A program made the position numbers and the translations under genes. Below, piece by piece: positions 39,288 through 49,600 of a stretch of DNA of 64,000 nucleotides. Under the pieces are notes generated by a model. That model worked only from the letters and a program-made list of their open reading frames with translations, was not told where the DNA came from and ran no database searches. Each line of letters starts with the position of its first letter. Positions within the stretch are counted from its first letter, which is position 1. The stretch covers positions 32,001-96,000 of the forward strand of contig JAYZEG010000058.1 of assembly GCA_036337435.1 (NCBI GenBank). Direction: 5' to 3'. This DNA comes from Myxococcota bacterium. Lineage in GTDB: Bacteria; Myxococcota_A; Bradymonadia; UBA7976; UBA1532.

Positions 39288-39929
39288 ATGGACTTGTTGA
39301 CACGAATTAACCGGGTGGCATTCGTCGGACCGGAGTTTCTGACATGGCTTTGGTATTACACCGAATCGGTGGGCGAAAGCTTTCAATTGGCCACTCTGGA
39401 GGCCCCATTCGAAGTTTGGTTTGATGATCGATTGGTTGTAGGTTCAACAACCGTCAATGCACAAGAGAACCATTTTCGCGGTGGTCATCCGCCCACAAGT
39501 CTCGAAGCCCGTTCAGCGCTTAGGTTGGGTAAGTTGGCAACGGAAGCGAGACTGCGGTTTGTGCAAGGCAGTCGAGAATGGTCAGCGGTCATCAAGGGCG
39601 CAGACATGTCGTACTCTGGTGTCAAAATTCCTGCGGCCCTATCAAAGGATGATGACGAACGTTTCTACGAGCGAATGTACCTCCTGGAAGAGCTCGAAAC
39701 GATGGTGACGGGGTTGTTTGGCCACTTCGTAAAGCTCAGAGTGAGTGCTCAATGGAATAATGAAACGCTTCCAAACATTCGAAAATGGATCGCGTCGGTT
39801 GCGCCTCCAAAATCAGATGAGGACGACGATGAAATCAACGTGCCTCAGCGAATCAATGCGGATCCAACCGCGACACCACGAAACGAAGCGATTCCCCCTT
39901 GGGAAGATCCAATGGAGCGAAAGAACTGA
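39288..39929 (+). CDS. RdgC-like protein, C-terminal half
   Basis: FVGPEFLTWLW, EARSALRLGK, FYERMYLLE motifs; immediately follows the N-terminal half. Confidence 0.75.
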   Translation: MDLLTRINRVAFVGPEFLTWLWYYTESVGESFQLATLEAPFEVWFDDRLVVGSTTVNAQENHFRGGHPPTSLEARSALRLGKLATEARLRFVQGSREWSAVIKGADMSYSGVKIPAALSKDDDERFYERMYLLEELETMVTGLFGHFVKLRVSAQWNNETLPNIRKWIASVAPPKSDEDDDEINVPQRINADPTATPRNEAIPPWEDPMERKN

Positions 39930-41029
39930 TGGCAATTTGGGCTGTCATCATGGCGGGTGGGTCCGGAACTCGATTCTGGCCGTTATCCAGACAAATGCGT
40001 CCAAAGCAGTTCCTCAACATCGGAACCGAGAAGCCCTTGATTGTTGAAACGATCAATCGATTGAAGACGATGATTGACGTGAACCGCTGTACTGTCGTTG
40101 CTGGCCAAACTCATGTCGAGCAACTCAAAGACTGTCTGCCGGGATTCTCGCATGACCAATTCATCGTTGAACCTTGCCCCCGAAATACTGCACCCTGTAT
40201 CGGGCTTGCGGCGGTTCATATCGCCAAAAAAGATCCCGACGCGGTTCTTGTGGTGCTTCCAGCAGACCATCACATTACGAATATTCAAGCGTACCAAGAT
40301 TTAGTCAGCCAAGCCTGCAAACTGGCCGCCCAAGGTCACATTGTTACACTCGGCATCGAGCCGAACCGGCCTGAAACGGGCTACGGCTACATTAAGCTGA
40401 AAGAGCAAGCAAGTGACTCTTTTAAACTCGATTCTCATCGTGTTCACAGCGTAGATCGATTTGTCGAAAAACCCGACCTTGAGACGGCGACCTCTTACCT
40501 GGATTCTGGCCGATATCTCTGGAACAGCGGCATGTTCTTCTTTACCGCCCGTACCCTTTTGAATGCGTATGAAATGCATCTTCCTGAAGTGGCACAACAG
40601 CTTGCTGCCGTCGACGCTCACTTGGATTCTCCACAATACTGGACAGAATTAGAACGCGCGTTTACCGCCATGCCTTCAGTCAGCATTGACTATGGCATCA
40701 TGGAGCCGATAAGCGAAGACCAGGGAGACCCGCAAATTAAGGTGCTCGCCGCTGATATCGGTTGGAATGACGTTGGACACTGGGGTGCCCTCTCGGATTA
40801 TGCTGATGTCGATGCAAACGGTAATGTCGTTCAAGGACGCTGCTTAAGCGTCGAGTCGGAAGACAACGTGGTTTATGCCGACTCGGCTACGATCGCGCTA
40901 CTCGGCGTTGATAACCTGGTTGTCGTGCAAACCGAAGACGCGATTCTGGTCTGTCCCAGAGACAGAGCGCAAGACGTGCGTCAGGTCGTCTCCGCGCTCC
41001 AAAATTCAGATGCCAAGGAGTTGCTCTAG
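39929..41029 (+). CDS. manC: Mannose-1-phosphate guanylyltransferase
   Basis: VIMAGGSGTRFWPLSR, EPCPRNTAP, PADH, ETGYGYI, FVEKP, WNSGMF, SIDYGIME, WNDVGHW; TGATG coupling with the upstream gene. Confidence 0.95.
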   Translation: MAIWAVIMAGGSGTRFWPLSRQMRPKQFLNIGTEKPLIVETINRLKTMIDVNRCTVVAGQTHVEQLKDCLPGFSHDQFIVEPCPRNTAPCIGLAAVHIAKKDPDAVLVVLPADHHITNIQAYQDLVSQACKLAAQGHIVTLGIEPNRPETGYGYIKLKEQASDSFKLDSHRVHSVDRFVEKPDLETATSYLDSGRYLWNSGMFFFTARTLLNAYEMHLPEVAQQLAAVDAHLDSPQYWTELERAFTAMPSVSIDYGIMEPISEDQGDPQIKVLAADIGWNDVGHWGALSDYADVDANGNVVQGRCLSVESEDNVVYADSATIALLGVDNLVVVQTEDAILVCPRDRAQDVRQVVSALQNSDAKELL

Positions 41030-42420
41030 TGATCAGCTTCAACCCAAATATTTTTAGAAAATATGACATCAGGGGCATAGCTGACACAGACCTCACCCCA
41101 GATTTTGTACGATTGCTGGGCAGAGCTTTTGGCTCGATGATCAAGCGACGTGGTGGCCAACGAATTGCCATCGGACGGGATTGTCGCCACAGCGGAATTC
41201 GCTTGAGCGAAGATTTTTCAGCCGGTCTTCTGGAAACCGGGATAAACGTGGTCAACCTCGGTTTGGTGTCCACGCCTATGGTCTATTTCGCCTCGTATAC
41301 ACTCCCGATAGACGGTGCTGTATCCATTACGGGCAGTCACAATCCATCGGATTGGAATGGGTTTAAGTTCTGCGCTGGAACAGCGTCTGTTTATGGCGAT
41401 GCGATCCAAACGCTTCGAGAGATGATTCAAGCGTCGGATTTTGAGGTGGGCGAAGGTCTCAGCGAAAATTCGGATATTTTACCCACCTATCTCGATGCCC
41501 TCGCCAGTCGATTGAACACCATCGAAAAACCCATCAGTGTCGTCATCGACGCAGGCAACGGAACAGGTGGTATTGCCGCAGGCGAACTCTATCGTAGAAT
41601 GGGTGCCACAGTGCACGAGCTGTACTGTGAGCCAGACGGAAACTTCCCCAATCATCATCCAGATCCGACGGTAGAGAAGAATCTCACTGACCTCATCGAG
41701 CGCGTTCAGACCGCCAATGCTGACTTCGGAATCGCATTCGATGGGGATGCTGATCGAATTGGCGCAATTGATCAACGAGGCCGGATGATCTGGGGAGATC
41801 AATTACTGACGCTTTTTGGGCTAGACATTCTCAAGACCCAGCCGGGTGCCCGAATGGTCGGCGAGGTTAAATGTTCCAAAGTGATGTACGACACACTGAG
41901 GCAGGCCGGGGCCAACATCGAAATGTGGAAAGTTGGTCACTCGCTCATTAAGGCACGAATGAAGGAGACAGGTGCCGTGCTCGCAGGAGAAATGAGTGGC
42001 CACCTTTTCTTCAAAGATCGATTTTTCGGATTTGATGATGCCGTCTATGCTGGTGGTCGACTCATCGAACTGGTGGCTCGTTCACCTCGGGGGCTGGACG
42101 ATCTTATGGATTCTTTACCCCAAACTTATGTCACACCCGAGATTCGCGTGCCTTGCTCTGATTCTGAGAAATTTGAAGTCACTGAGAAAGCGGCTGCCCA
42201 CTTTTCGGAGCGCTATTCAGTGTCTCTCATTGACGGTGTGCGAGTGGAATTTGAAGAGGGATGGGGCCTGATCCGAGCAAGTAACACCCAGCCCGTCCTT
42301 GTTGTTCGAGTAGAAGCGACCAGCGAGCAGCGTCGCGACCAATACCTGTCAGAAATCAATAATTGGCTATATGATGAGGCGCCGGAAGTCGTTCTGGATG
42401 CCAAGGGATCTCACAAATGA
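41029..42420 (+). CDS. Phosphomannomutase/phosphoglucomutase (AlgC/ManB family)
   Basis: FRKYDIRG, TGSHNP, FDGDADR, GEMSGH, RASNTQP. Confidence 0.96.
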   Translation: MISFNPNIFRKYDIRGIADTDLTPDFVRLLGRAFGSMIKRRGGQRIAIGRDCRHSGIRLSEDFSAGLLETGINVVNLGLVSTPMVYFASYTLPIDGAVSITGSHNPSDWNGFKFCAGTASVYGDAIQTLREMIQASDFEVGEGLSENSDILPTYLDALASRLNTIEKPISVVIDAGNGTGGIAAGELYRRMGATVHELYCEPDGNFPNHHPDPTVEKNLTDLIERVQTANADFGIAFDGDADRIGAIDQRGRMIWGDQLLTLFGLDILKTQPGARMVGEVKCSKVMYDTLRQAGANIEMWKVGHSLIKARMKETGAVLAGEMSGHLFFKDRFFGFDDAVYAGGRLIELVARSPRGLDDLMDSLPQTYVTPEIRVPCSDSEKFEVTEKAAAHFSERYSVSLIDGVRVEFEEGWGLIRASNTQPVLVVRVEATSEQRRDQYLSEINNWLYDEAPEVVLDAKGSHK

Positions 42421-43229
42421 GTTCGAATAGTTTGGAATCAATTGACCAAATCTCCTATGAATTTTCTTCGGCGGCGCACAGCGATATCGGCTGTGTTCGG
42501 TCGACCAATGAAGATGCCGTTTTCATGAATGACACAGAGAAGTTTTGGGTCGTCGCTGACGGGATGGGAGGCCACGCGTCGGGTCAGGTGGCTGCTAATC
42601 TTGCCGTAGACAGCGTCGCCGATTATATGTCCCGCTGGCGTTATGATAACACAGCACCTCAACCCTTTGATCCCCTACCCGGCGCATCCGTAACTGAATC
42701 AATTGTGTCCAACGCTGTCCGTGTTGCGAATGTCCGCGTTTATAATCGGTCTCAGTCTGATCCAAACTGCGATGGGATGGGTACGACTATCGTTTTGATG
42801 CACTACGATCCTAAAGATGGACTTGCCGTCGCCCATGTTGGTGATAGTCGCTGTTATCGTCTTCGCGGTAACGTCTTCGAACGTTTGACGGACGATCATT
42901 CGCTGGCAGGGGAATTGACCCGGTCCAAATTACTCACAGAGCAGGAAGCTAAACTGCATGCGGGTTCAAATGTCATTCTTCGGGCTCTGGGAATGGACGA
43001 CGATGTACAGGTTGATGTCGCGGTTGTGGAGCCACAAGAGGGTGACCAATATCTGATGTGCTCAGATGGCCTTACGGACTTATTGCACGATTTTGAAATC
43101 GGCCAAATATTGAAAGATCGAGGCAACGACCTCGAGCTTATTGTCAAACAACTTGTGGATGAAGCGAATGCACGTGGGGGCAACGACAACATCACGGCCG
43201 CCATCGTAAAAGTCGCGATTGAAATTTAA
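42417..43229 (+). CDS. PP2C/PPM Ser/Thr phosphatase
   Basis: RSTNED, VADGMGGH, GMGTT, HVGDSR, CSDGL, GGNDNIT; ATGA overlap with pmm. Confidence 0.95.
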   Translation: MSSNSLESIDQISYEFSSAAHSDIGCVRSTNEDAVFMNDTEKFWVVADGMGGHASGQVAANLAVDSVADYMSRWRYDNTAPQPFDPLPGASVTESIVSNAVRVANVRVYNRSQSDPNCDGMGTTIVLMHYDPKDGLAVAHVGDSRCYRLRGNVFERLTDDHSLAGELTRSKLLTEQEAKLHAGSNVILRALGMDDDVQVDVAVVEPQEGDQYLMCSDGLTDLLHDFEIGQILKDRGNDLELIVKQLVDEANARGGNDNITAAIVKVAIEI

Positions 43230-43378
43230 ACGTCTCTCTATCTACCGGTTTGCGAACGTAAAAAGTGTCGAAAAATCGGGATAAATTGGACCCAGGCCGA
43301 ATTGTTGCGTGTTGATGTTAAAGTCCAAGCCAATTCCAGGTATGCTACATGGCGTCGGACTAGAATGAGAGGCAATAC

Positions 43379-44440
43379 ATGGCAGCCCAAGCCAGTTTAG
43401 TTTATCAAGCGGATGATGGAAGTAAGCAGGATCTTGCCCTGAATAAGACGTCGAAGGCGACCATTGGACGCCATCCACAATGCACGCTTTTCGTTAACCA
43501 ACCATCGGTTTCAAGACGTCATGCGCGTGTCTGGTTTGAGACAGACTCTTGGTACGTTGAGGATCTGAAGAGTTCAAACGGGACCTTTGTTAATAACCAG
43601 CGCGTTGATAAAGAGGCCCTTAACGAAGGTGACGAAGTGAGGTGTGGTGACTTTAAAGTAACCTTTTTGGTCGAAGAGTTTACCCGAGAAGTCAGTGACA
43701 TCATTGAGAGTCCGGCCGTACCTCGACTGGTTGGAACAATCGACGATTTAGATGGGCGGCCTGAGCCAGACCCGAAGGTGATTTCGAGACCGACGATCGG
43801 TGTTCAGGATGCATTCGGGATCGATGAGCCAGCCAGCGCCCCCTCTCTACCTAAACAGAAGACCAGTAGCCCTGATCAAGACAAGATGACAGCGCTGCGC
43901 GACGAATTGGCGACGGCACTCAAACGGATCGAAAAGCTTGAGGAGCAAAACCGACACTTAAACAGCAAAGAGGCCGAGTTTGTCAAAGGGCAGACTGAGC
44001 TCATGTTGAAAGCCCAAGAAGCCGATAAACAAGTTGCTCAGTTCCAACGTGAGGCTGAAGAACGAGAGCAAGAATTAGCGCAACTGAGGGCGAGTGCGTT
44101 GTCTGAGGGTCCCCTCATAGAGGAGCTCGTAGACGAAATCGCTGAAGCGTGTGATGACCTGGATGCCTTCACATCAGAGATTCACCTCAAACTTCGGGTC
44201 TCGTCCGCTTTTCTCGAAGATATTGATTCCATCGTCAATTTTGTCGAATCGCTCAGGCACGATCCGTCACTCGATGGAGAACTGAAAAAAACTGTCCAAT
44301 CCTTTGTCGATGGAGCGGATGGCTTGAATGCGACAGCGACCATTAAGTCAGCATTCGGTGAAGCTCAGAAATCCACTCGAGCGAGTCGACGGATCGTCCG
44401 CCTTCTCAGGGAGATCATCAGACCACACATAACGAACTGA
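43379..44440 (+). CDS. FHA domain plus coiled-coil protein
   Basis: IGR, VSRRHA, DLKSSNGTFVN; long heptad region. Confidence 0.92.
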   Translation: MAAQASLVYQADDGSKQDLALNKTSKATIGRHPQCTLFVNQPSVSRRHARVWFETDSWYVEDLKSSNGTFVNNQRVDKEALNEGDEVRCGDFKVTFLVEEFTREVSDIIESPAVPRLVGTIDDLDGRPEPDPKVISRPTIGVQDAFGIDEPASAPSLPKQKTSSPDQDKMTALRDELATALKRIEKLEEQNRHLNSKEAEFVKGQTELMLKAQEADKQVAQFQREAEEREQELAQLRASALSEGPLIEELVDEIAEACDDLDAFTSEIHLKLRVSSAFLEDIDSIVNFVESLRHDPSLDGELKKTVQSFVDGADGLNATATIKSAFGEAQKSTRASRRIVRLLREIIRPHITN

Positions 44441-44485
44441 AAAAGCTGATATAGCCTATTTCGGTGAAAAAGGGTGCAACCAGTC

Positions 44486-46294
44486 ATGGCACTGCTTAAA
44501 CGACTTGTTCAGTTAATCAAAAGCCTCTTCGGTGGGTCACCGACCCAGTTAGACAGCGAAATCGAAGTATCGGTCGACGAAACGCTCGCCAGCGAACTTA
44601 CTGAGCCGAAAGCGTCTTCGCCAATTGACTCTGGTGACGCAGTTGACGACACCCTACAAACACAATCGAATCAGACCGAAGATGACGCGCATAACAGTCT
44701 CGTTGAAGAAGGCCAAGACAGTGAAAAGATGTCATCGGACAGCCAAGATGACGGACCTGACGAGAGTGAGAAGAGTGTGCAGAAGGCTGACGTTGACAGT
44801 CTCGAGAAACAGCAGAGAGCGAAGGCAAAAAAAGACCGGCAGAGAGCCCGAAAAAAACGTAAATCCAAAAAAAGGCGGTCGCGCAAAGATGGCAAATCGA
44901 CCTCCGCTGTAGAAGAGAACATCACGACACAGTCGACCGGTGAAGACACATCGAACACGTCAACCGATGAGCCGGACGAATCGGAGGCGACTCACGAGGC
45001 TATTGACACGTCGACTACATCCGGAGACGGCGATGAACTCGCTCAAGACGGTTCCCCGAATACAGCACAAGACCAACTCACGGCTGATGAAGATCCACGA
45101 CAGGACACGGAACCGACTTCGGACGAAGAGGCACTGACCACTGACAGCACTGATGACACGTCGAACACCGACGAAATATCTCACAGCGACGACCAAATCT
45201 CCCAGACCGATACGCCTGACACCGACGGTACAGAAAACACATCGAACATACCGACCACGGAGGAAAAAGACCGGGACGATGCCACCACGGTGGAGACCCC
45301 GGAAGCCTCACAAGGCAAGTCCATAACAACTGACCGTGAAATCGCAGTGGAGACCCCGGAAACCTCACAAGACAAGTCAGTTAAAACCGACGATGATCGG
45401 CACGATGAGGTCCCAAATAGCAATACGGCAACCTCAGAAGGACAGGGCCAGACTGAGACTGTCTCCGACGATACGTTTGCTACCGGGGACCAGACCTCTC
45501 AAAGCGATACGTCTGATACCCACGTGCAGGCCCCTCAAAGCGTTACGTCACAGCCCGACGGTGCAACAGACGGGCTAGACACACCAGCCACGGACGAAAA
45601 AGACCAAGACGACGGTGCAGCAAACGGGCTAGACACACCAGCCACGGACGAAAAAGACCAAGACGACGCTGTCGAAAAGACGCCAGCCTCGGTGTCATCG
45701 AACGCGAGTGATGATGATAGGACGATTACGCTGGACGCATCAGACCTGGTCGCTGCTGAGCATATAGATGCCCTGTTCGATGACGACGTTGATGACATCG
45801 TAGAAATTGACGAAATTATTGAATTAGACGCCACACCCGAAGAAGACGCCGGACGTCAGTACACGACGCCACCAGCGATTCCACCGGCAGTACTCAACGA
45901 TGACCGGGACGACTCAACGGATGAGGGAGTCAATCATGAGAGTCAGGTTAAACCAGACACCAATGATTTAAAAATACACACTAAAAGCAACGCGCAAAGC
46001 CCCAGTCTCATGCCACCTCCAAGCGATGCAGGCGCAGACAGAGACAGAGACAGGCCAGACGAACCGGAACCAAATCGTGAGAACACTCAGGACGATTTTC
46101 ATCAGGCGAGTCCATCGCCGAACACAAGCCAGGTGGACGACCAAGACAACATGGATTCCGAGTTGATAGCAGAGACAGAAAAGACGAGCGCACCCAAACC
46201 AAAGCTGAAACTCGACCTCAAACGAACAACTGCAACATCCGGTGGGTTGAAGAAACTAAACCTAAACCTGAAAAAGAAGACGCAAGACGAGTAA
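44486..46294 (+). CDS. Hypothetical highly acidic low-complexity protein
   Basis: About 600-aa ORF rich in D/E/T/S; amphipathic N-terminus MALLKRLVQLIKSLFGG; one K/R block; basic C-terminus. Upstream GTG at 44474. Confidence 0.8.
   Translation: MALLKRLVQLIKSLFGGSPTQLDSEIEVSVDETLASELTEPKASSPIDSGDAVDDTLQTQSNQTEDDAHNSLVEEGQDSEKMSSDSQDDGPDESEKSVQKADVDSLEKQQRAKAKKDRQRARKKRKSKKRRSRKDGKSTSAVEENITTQSTGEDTSNTSTDEPDESEATHEAIDTSTTSGDGDELAQDGSPNTAQDQLTADEDPRQDTEPTSDEEALTTDSTDDTSNTDEISHSDDQISQTDTPDTDGTENTSNIPTTEEKDRDDATTVETPEASQGKSITTDREIAVETPETSQDKSVKTDDDRHDEVPNSNTATSEGQGQTETVSDDTFATGDQTSQSDTSDTHVQAPQSVTSQPDGATDGLDTPATDEKDQDDGAANGLDTPATDEKDQDDAVEKTPASVSSNASDDDRTITLDASDLVAAEHIDALFDDDVDDIVEIDEIIELDATPEEDAGRQYTTPPAIPPAVLNDDRDDSTDEGVNHESQVKPDTNDLKIHTKSNAQSPSLMPPPSDAGADRDRDRPDEPEPNRENTQDDFHQASPSPNTSQVDDQDNMDSELIAETEKTSAPKPKLKLDLKRTTATSGGLKKLNLNLKKKTQDE
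45557..45664 (+). repeat. 54-bp in-frame tandem duplication (two copies) inside the acidic protein
   Basis: gacggtgca.ca.acgggctagacacaccagccacggacgaaaaagaccaagac twice, two mismatches. Confidence 0.9.
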
Positions 46295-46372
46295 TCAGTC
46301 CCTCTCGGTTAGCGAATAGCCTCCCGATGAGCCAATTCCATGAAGATAGTTGAGATGAACTTGGCCAAAACC

Positions 46373-46654
46373 ACCACACTGTGGTAGACAGGCCTCGAAG
46401 AGTGGAGTGAGTGCGTACGGCACAAACCTTCGACAAACGCTGTCGTCCGGTGACACACCGGAGCTGCTCAGGGTTATATCGGGCGTTATACTTCAACTCT
46501 GATGACGTAATTTATTTGGTATCCACGCGTCGGCCGATTGAGGCCTACGCTTAACCTGGTCTGATACGACGACCAGTACATGCGCGCTGACTTTCGCCCC
46601 GGGTCCAATCAGTTTGGGACTGTCCGAGAGGCACTTGGGAAGCTGGCCGCCAAG
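46373..46654 (+). promoter_or_regulatory. Structured 5' leader of rne (consecutive hairpins)
   Basis: Stems at 46373-85, 46411-23, 46431-45, 46446-62, 46468-502, 46527-50, 46556-76, 46603-20 and 46634-54 within a 371-nt intergenic gap. Confidence 0.6.
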
Positions 46655-46665
46655 AAAGGTTCAAC

Positions 46666-49600
46666 ATGAGCAAGCGAATGCTCGTCAATGCAGCTCAAGA
46701 GGGCGAAGTCCGAGTTGCGACGATAGAGAATAGTGTACTAGAAGATTTAAATGTGGCCACCGAAGGCAATGAATTGTTGAAGGGGAACCTCTACAAGGGC
46801 GTTGTGGTGAGTGTAGAGTCTGGGCTTCAAGCGGCCTTTGTAGACTACGGCGCAGAGCGCAACGGCTTCATCACTTTCAATGACATTCACCGGCAATACT
46901 ACAACAAAAAAATCAAGAATGACGGCAAGAGACTCAGGATTCAGGACGCGATTGCGCCCGGTGCTGAATTGTTGGTTCAGGTTCACAAAGAAGAAGTTGG
47001 GAACAAGGGTGCTGCTCTTACGACCGACATCACACAACCTGGACGCTATCTGGTTTTGATGCCTTTCTCCGACGGGGGCGGCGTAAGTCGAAAAATTGAG
47101 AGCGAAAGTGCACGAAAGAAACTCAAAGAAATCGTCAGCAAACTCAATGTCCCGGAGCCCATGGGCGTCATTGTTAGAACGGCTGGTCAAGATCGAACAA
47201 AGGCAGAATTGGTCAAGGATTATGAAGCTCTTGTGAGGAGTTGGGGCCATAGCCAAGCTCGATATGAACAACTAAAGAAACCAGGGTTGGTCTACCGAGA
47301 GCCCGACGTAGTGATCCGTTCCATTCGTGATTATTTCACCGATGATGTCTCGGAAATCGTTGTAGACAATGATTCGGTCATGGATCGCCTCACAGACTAC
47401 TTTGAAAGGCATGCGCCTGACGTTGTCGAACGCGTCAAGCGCTACAGGGGCAAAATGCCGCTTTTCAGTAATTACGGTCTGGAAAAACAGCTCGAAAATA
47501 TCAGCAGCAGCAAAGTCGGTCTTCCGAGTGGAGGCAGTATTGTCATCAACCCAACTGAGGCTCTAATCGCCATAGATGTCAACTCAGGCAAGAGCCGAGG
47601 ACAATCGAATCAGGAAGAAATGGCCGTCCAGACAAATCTGGAAGCAGCGGTCGAGGCCGCGCGTCAACTTCGATTGAGGGATTTCGGTGGTCTCGTTGTC
47701 ATCGATTTTATCGATATGTACGAGAATAAACATCGGCGACAAGTTGAGAAAAAGCTCAAAGAAGCAATGAAACGCGACAAAGCTCGCGTCGAAGTCGGTC
47801 GCATTTCTCGATTTGGACTCCTTGAGTTATCGAGGCAGAGAGTAAAAGCTCGGCTCCTTTCGAGCACCCATAACATCTGTCCGATGTGCGAAGGTTCCGG
47901 GTATGTGATGTCGACGGAAGTCAGTTCAATCACCATGCTGCGACGTTTGCAGGAGCTTGCAGTCAGCGCACCGAAGGCGGCCAGTATTCGCGGCCGCCTA
48001 CCGGTTCCTGTCGCGCTCAATTTGTTGAACTTGCATCGAGCCTCCATCGCCGAAATGGAAGCAAACTTCAACGTAACCATCGAGATCGTGCCCGAGATCG
48101 GTGCCGTCTCTACACGGGACGCGTTTGAGATCATCACGCGTGCGATGACCGAAAAACAGAGTGAAGAACAACGTAATGACCGTCGAGACCGCCGAGATCG
48201 GGGTCGTGGACGCAAACGGTCGAGTCGCGGCGATCACCAGAGAAGCGAGGGCGATCGACAAAGTCGGTCGAAGGGGAGTAGTGGCCCTCACTCTGAAGCC
48301 GAACAACCCTATGAACCACCAAAAGTTGTGGGGTTCTTGGAGCCTGAACAATTTAATGAAGGCGCAGATGAAACAGCGTCATCTTCAGACGAAAAAGGCA
48401 ATGCTGACGCCATACAAACCGCAGAGAGCGATAAACCCCGAGACCGGAGACGTCGCCGAGGTCGCGGTCGACGCGGTGGAACTGAGCAAAAGCAACAAGC
48501 AAAGAGCACTGACAGCAACGCTGCCAATGATGCCGATCGTGCTGAACAAAAACGACTCGCCGCTCGAGAACGTAACAAGGCTCGGCGCAATGCACGAAAA
48601 TCACGCACTTTAGAGCCCGCACAGCAGGCACCAGCTGATGCAGCCACGACCGTGCAAAATCACCACGGATCGACAGTCTCCGAACCAGTAGACACGTCAG
48701 CACAAGCCCAGCAAGACCGAGATAAGAAAGCAAGCCAGAACAACAGACGCGCCGCGAGCCGACTTCGTAATCGACTTGTCCAAAAGGTGAAGAGCACTGA
48801 ACAGACAGAGGAAGCGTCCGAAAGGTCTGTGCAATCAGACATTACACAGGAACCCACTCGTCCCGAAAAACAGGAAAAGCCAAAGAGCGCGTCCAAAGCG
48901 AAAGAAACAGCAAAAGCACGGTTGCAGGCGAAAGCAAAAGCTCAACTTGGAAAAGCACAAACATCGGCTAAATCCGAGAAGAAGAATGCATCGGAGACCC
49001 AAAGGAAAACGAGTACGAAGCAGGAAGAAACTCGTGAGGTCATCGATGCGAAATCGACCAATGCAGCCGACCTAGTGAAGGCAAAATTAAAAGGCCGAAC
49101 AAAAAAGACGTCGGCTCCAGCGAAGTCGCAGCCAGATAACGGTCGAGGGTCAACAACCAAAACCGATGAAAATAACGGTGTAGCCTCCACGAGCGGTGCT
49201 GCAGCCTCGGATAGGGCAGCCGAAGTTCTCAAAGCGAAGATCGCCGGAAAAATTCGCGGCGCGTCTCAAACAGACCCGAGCGTTGACTCTCAGACTGCGA
49301 CGAAAAAGAAGAGTCCTCGGGGCAGTAAAAGTGAGACCAAAGCTGCGACGCCAAGTCGCACAAAACGCACACCAAAAACGACTCGAAATACAACCGAGAC
49401 GGGGCCAGTCAAGAGTTCAGAGGGCGCATCTGCTGAAAAGCCGAAACGCACTCGTCGAACAGCGGCTGCAAAAGATAAGACGCCTGCAGACTCAAATACA
49501 GGCAGTGCAAAGACAACAAGTCCTCAAGACGAAGCAGCAAATCCAAAGCGGACGCGGACCCGTCGGACAAAAACCACCGGCGCATCCGAAACGGCATCGA

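Noticed and set aside
39270..39300. Frameshift pseudogene of rdgC
   Set aside because: The second half has its own GGAGGTG RBS and ATG, and both halves look intact.
46218..46496. 92-aa minus-strand ORF in the rne upstream gap
   Set aside because: Overlaps the acidic gene antisense and the hairpin-rich leader; no protein-like features.
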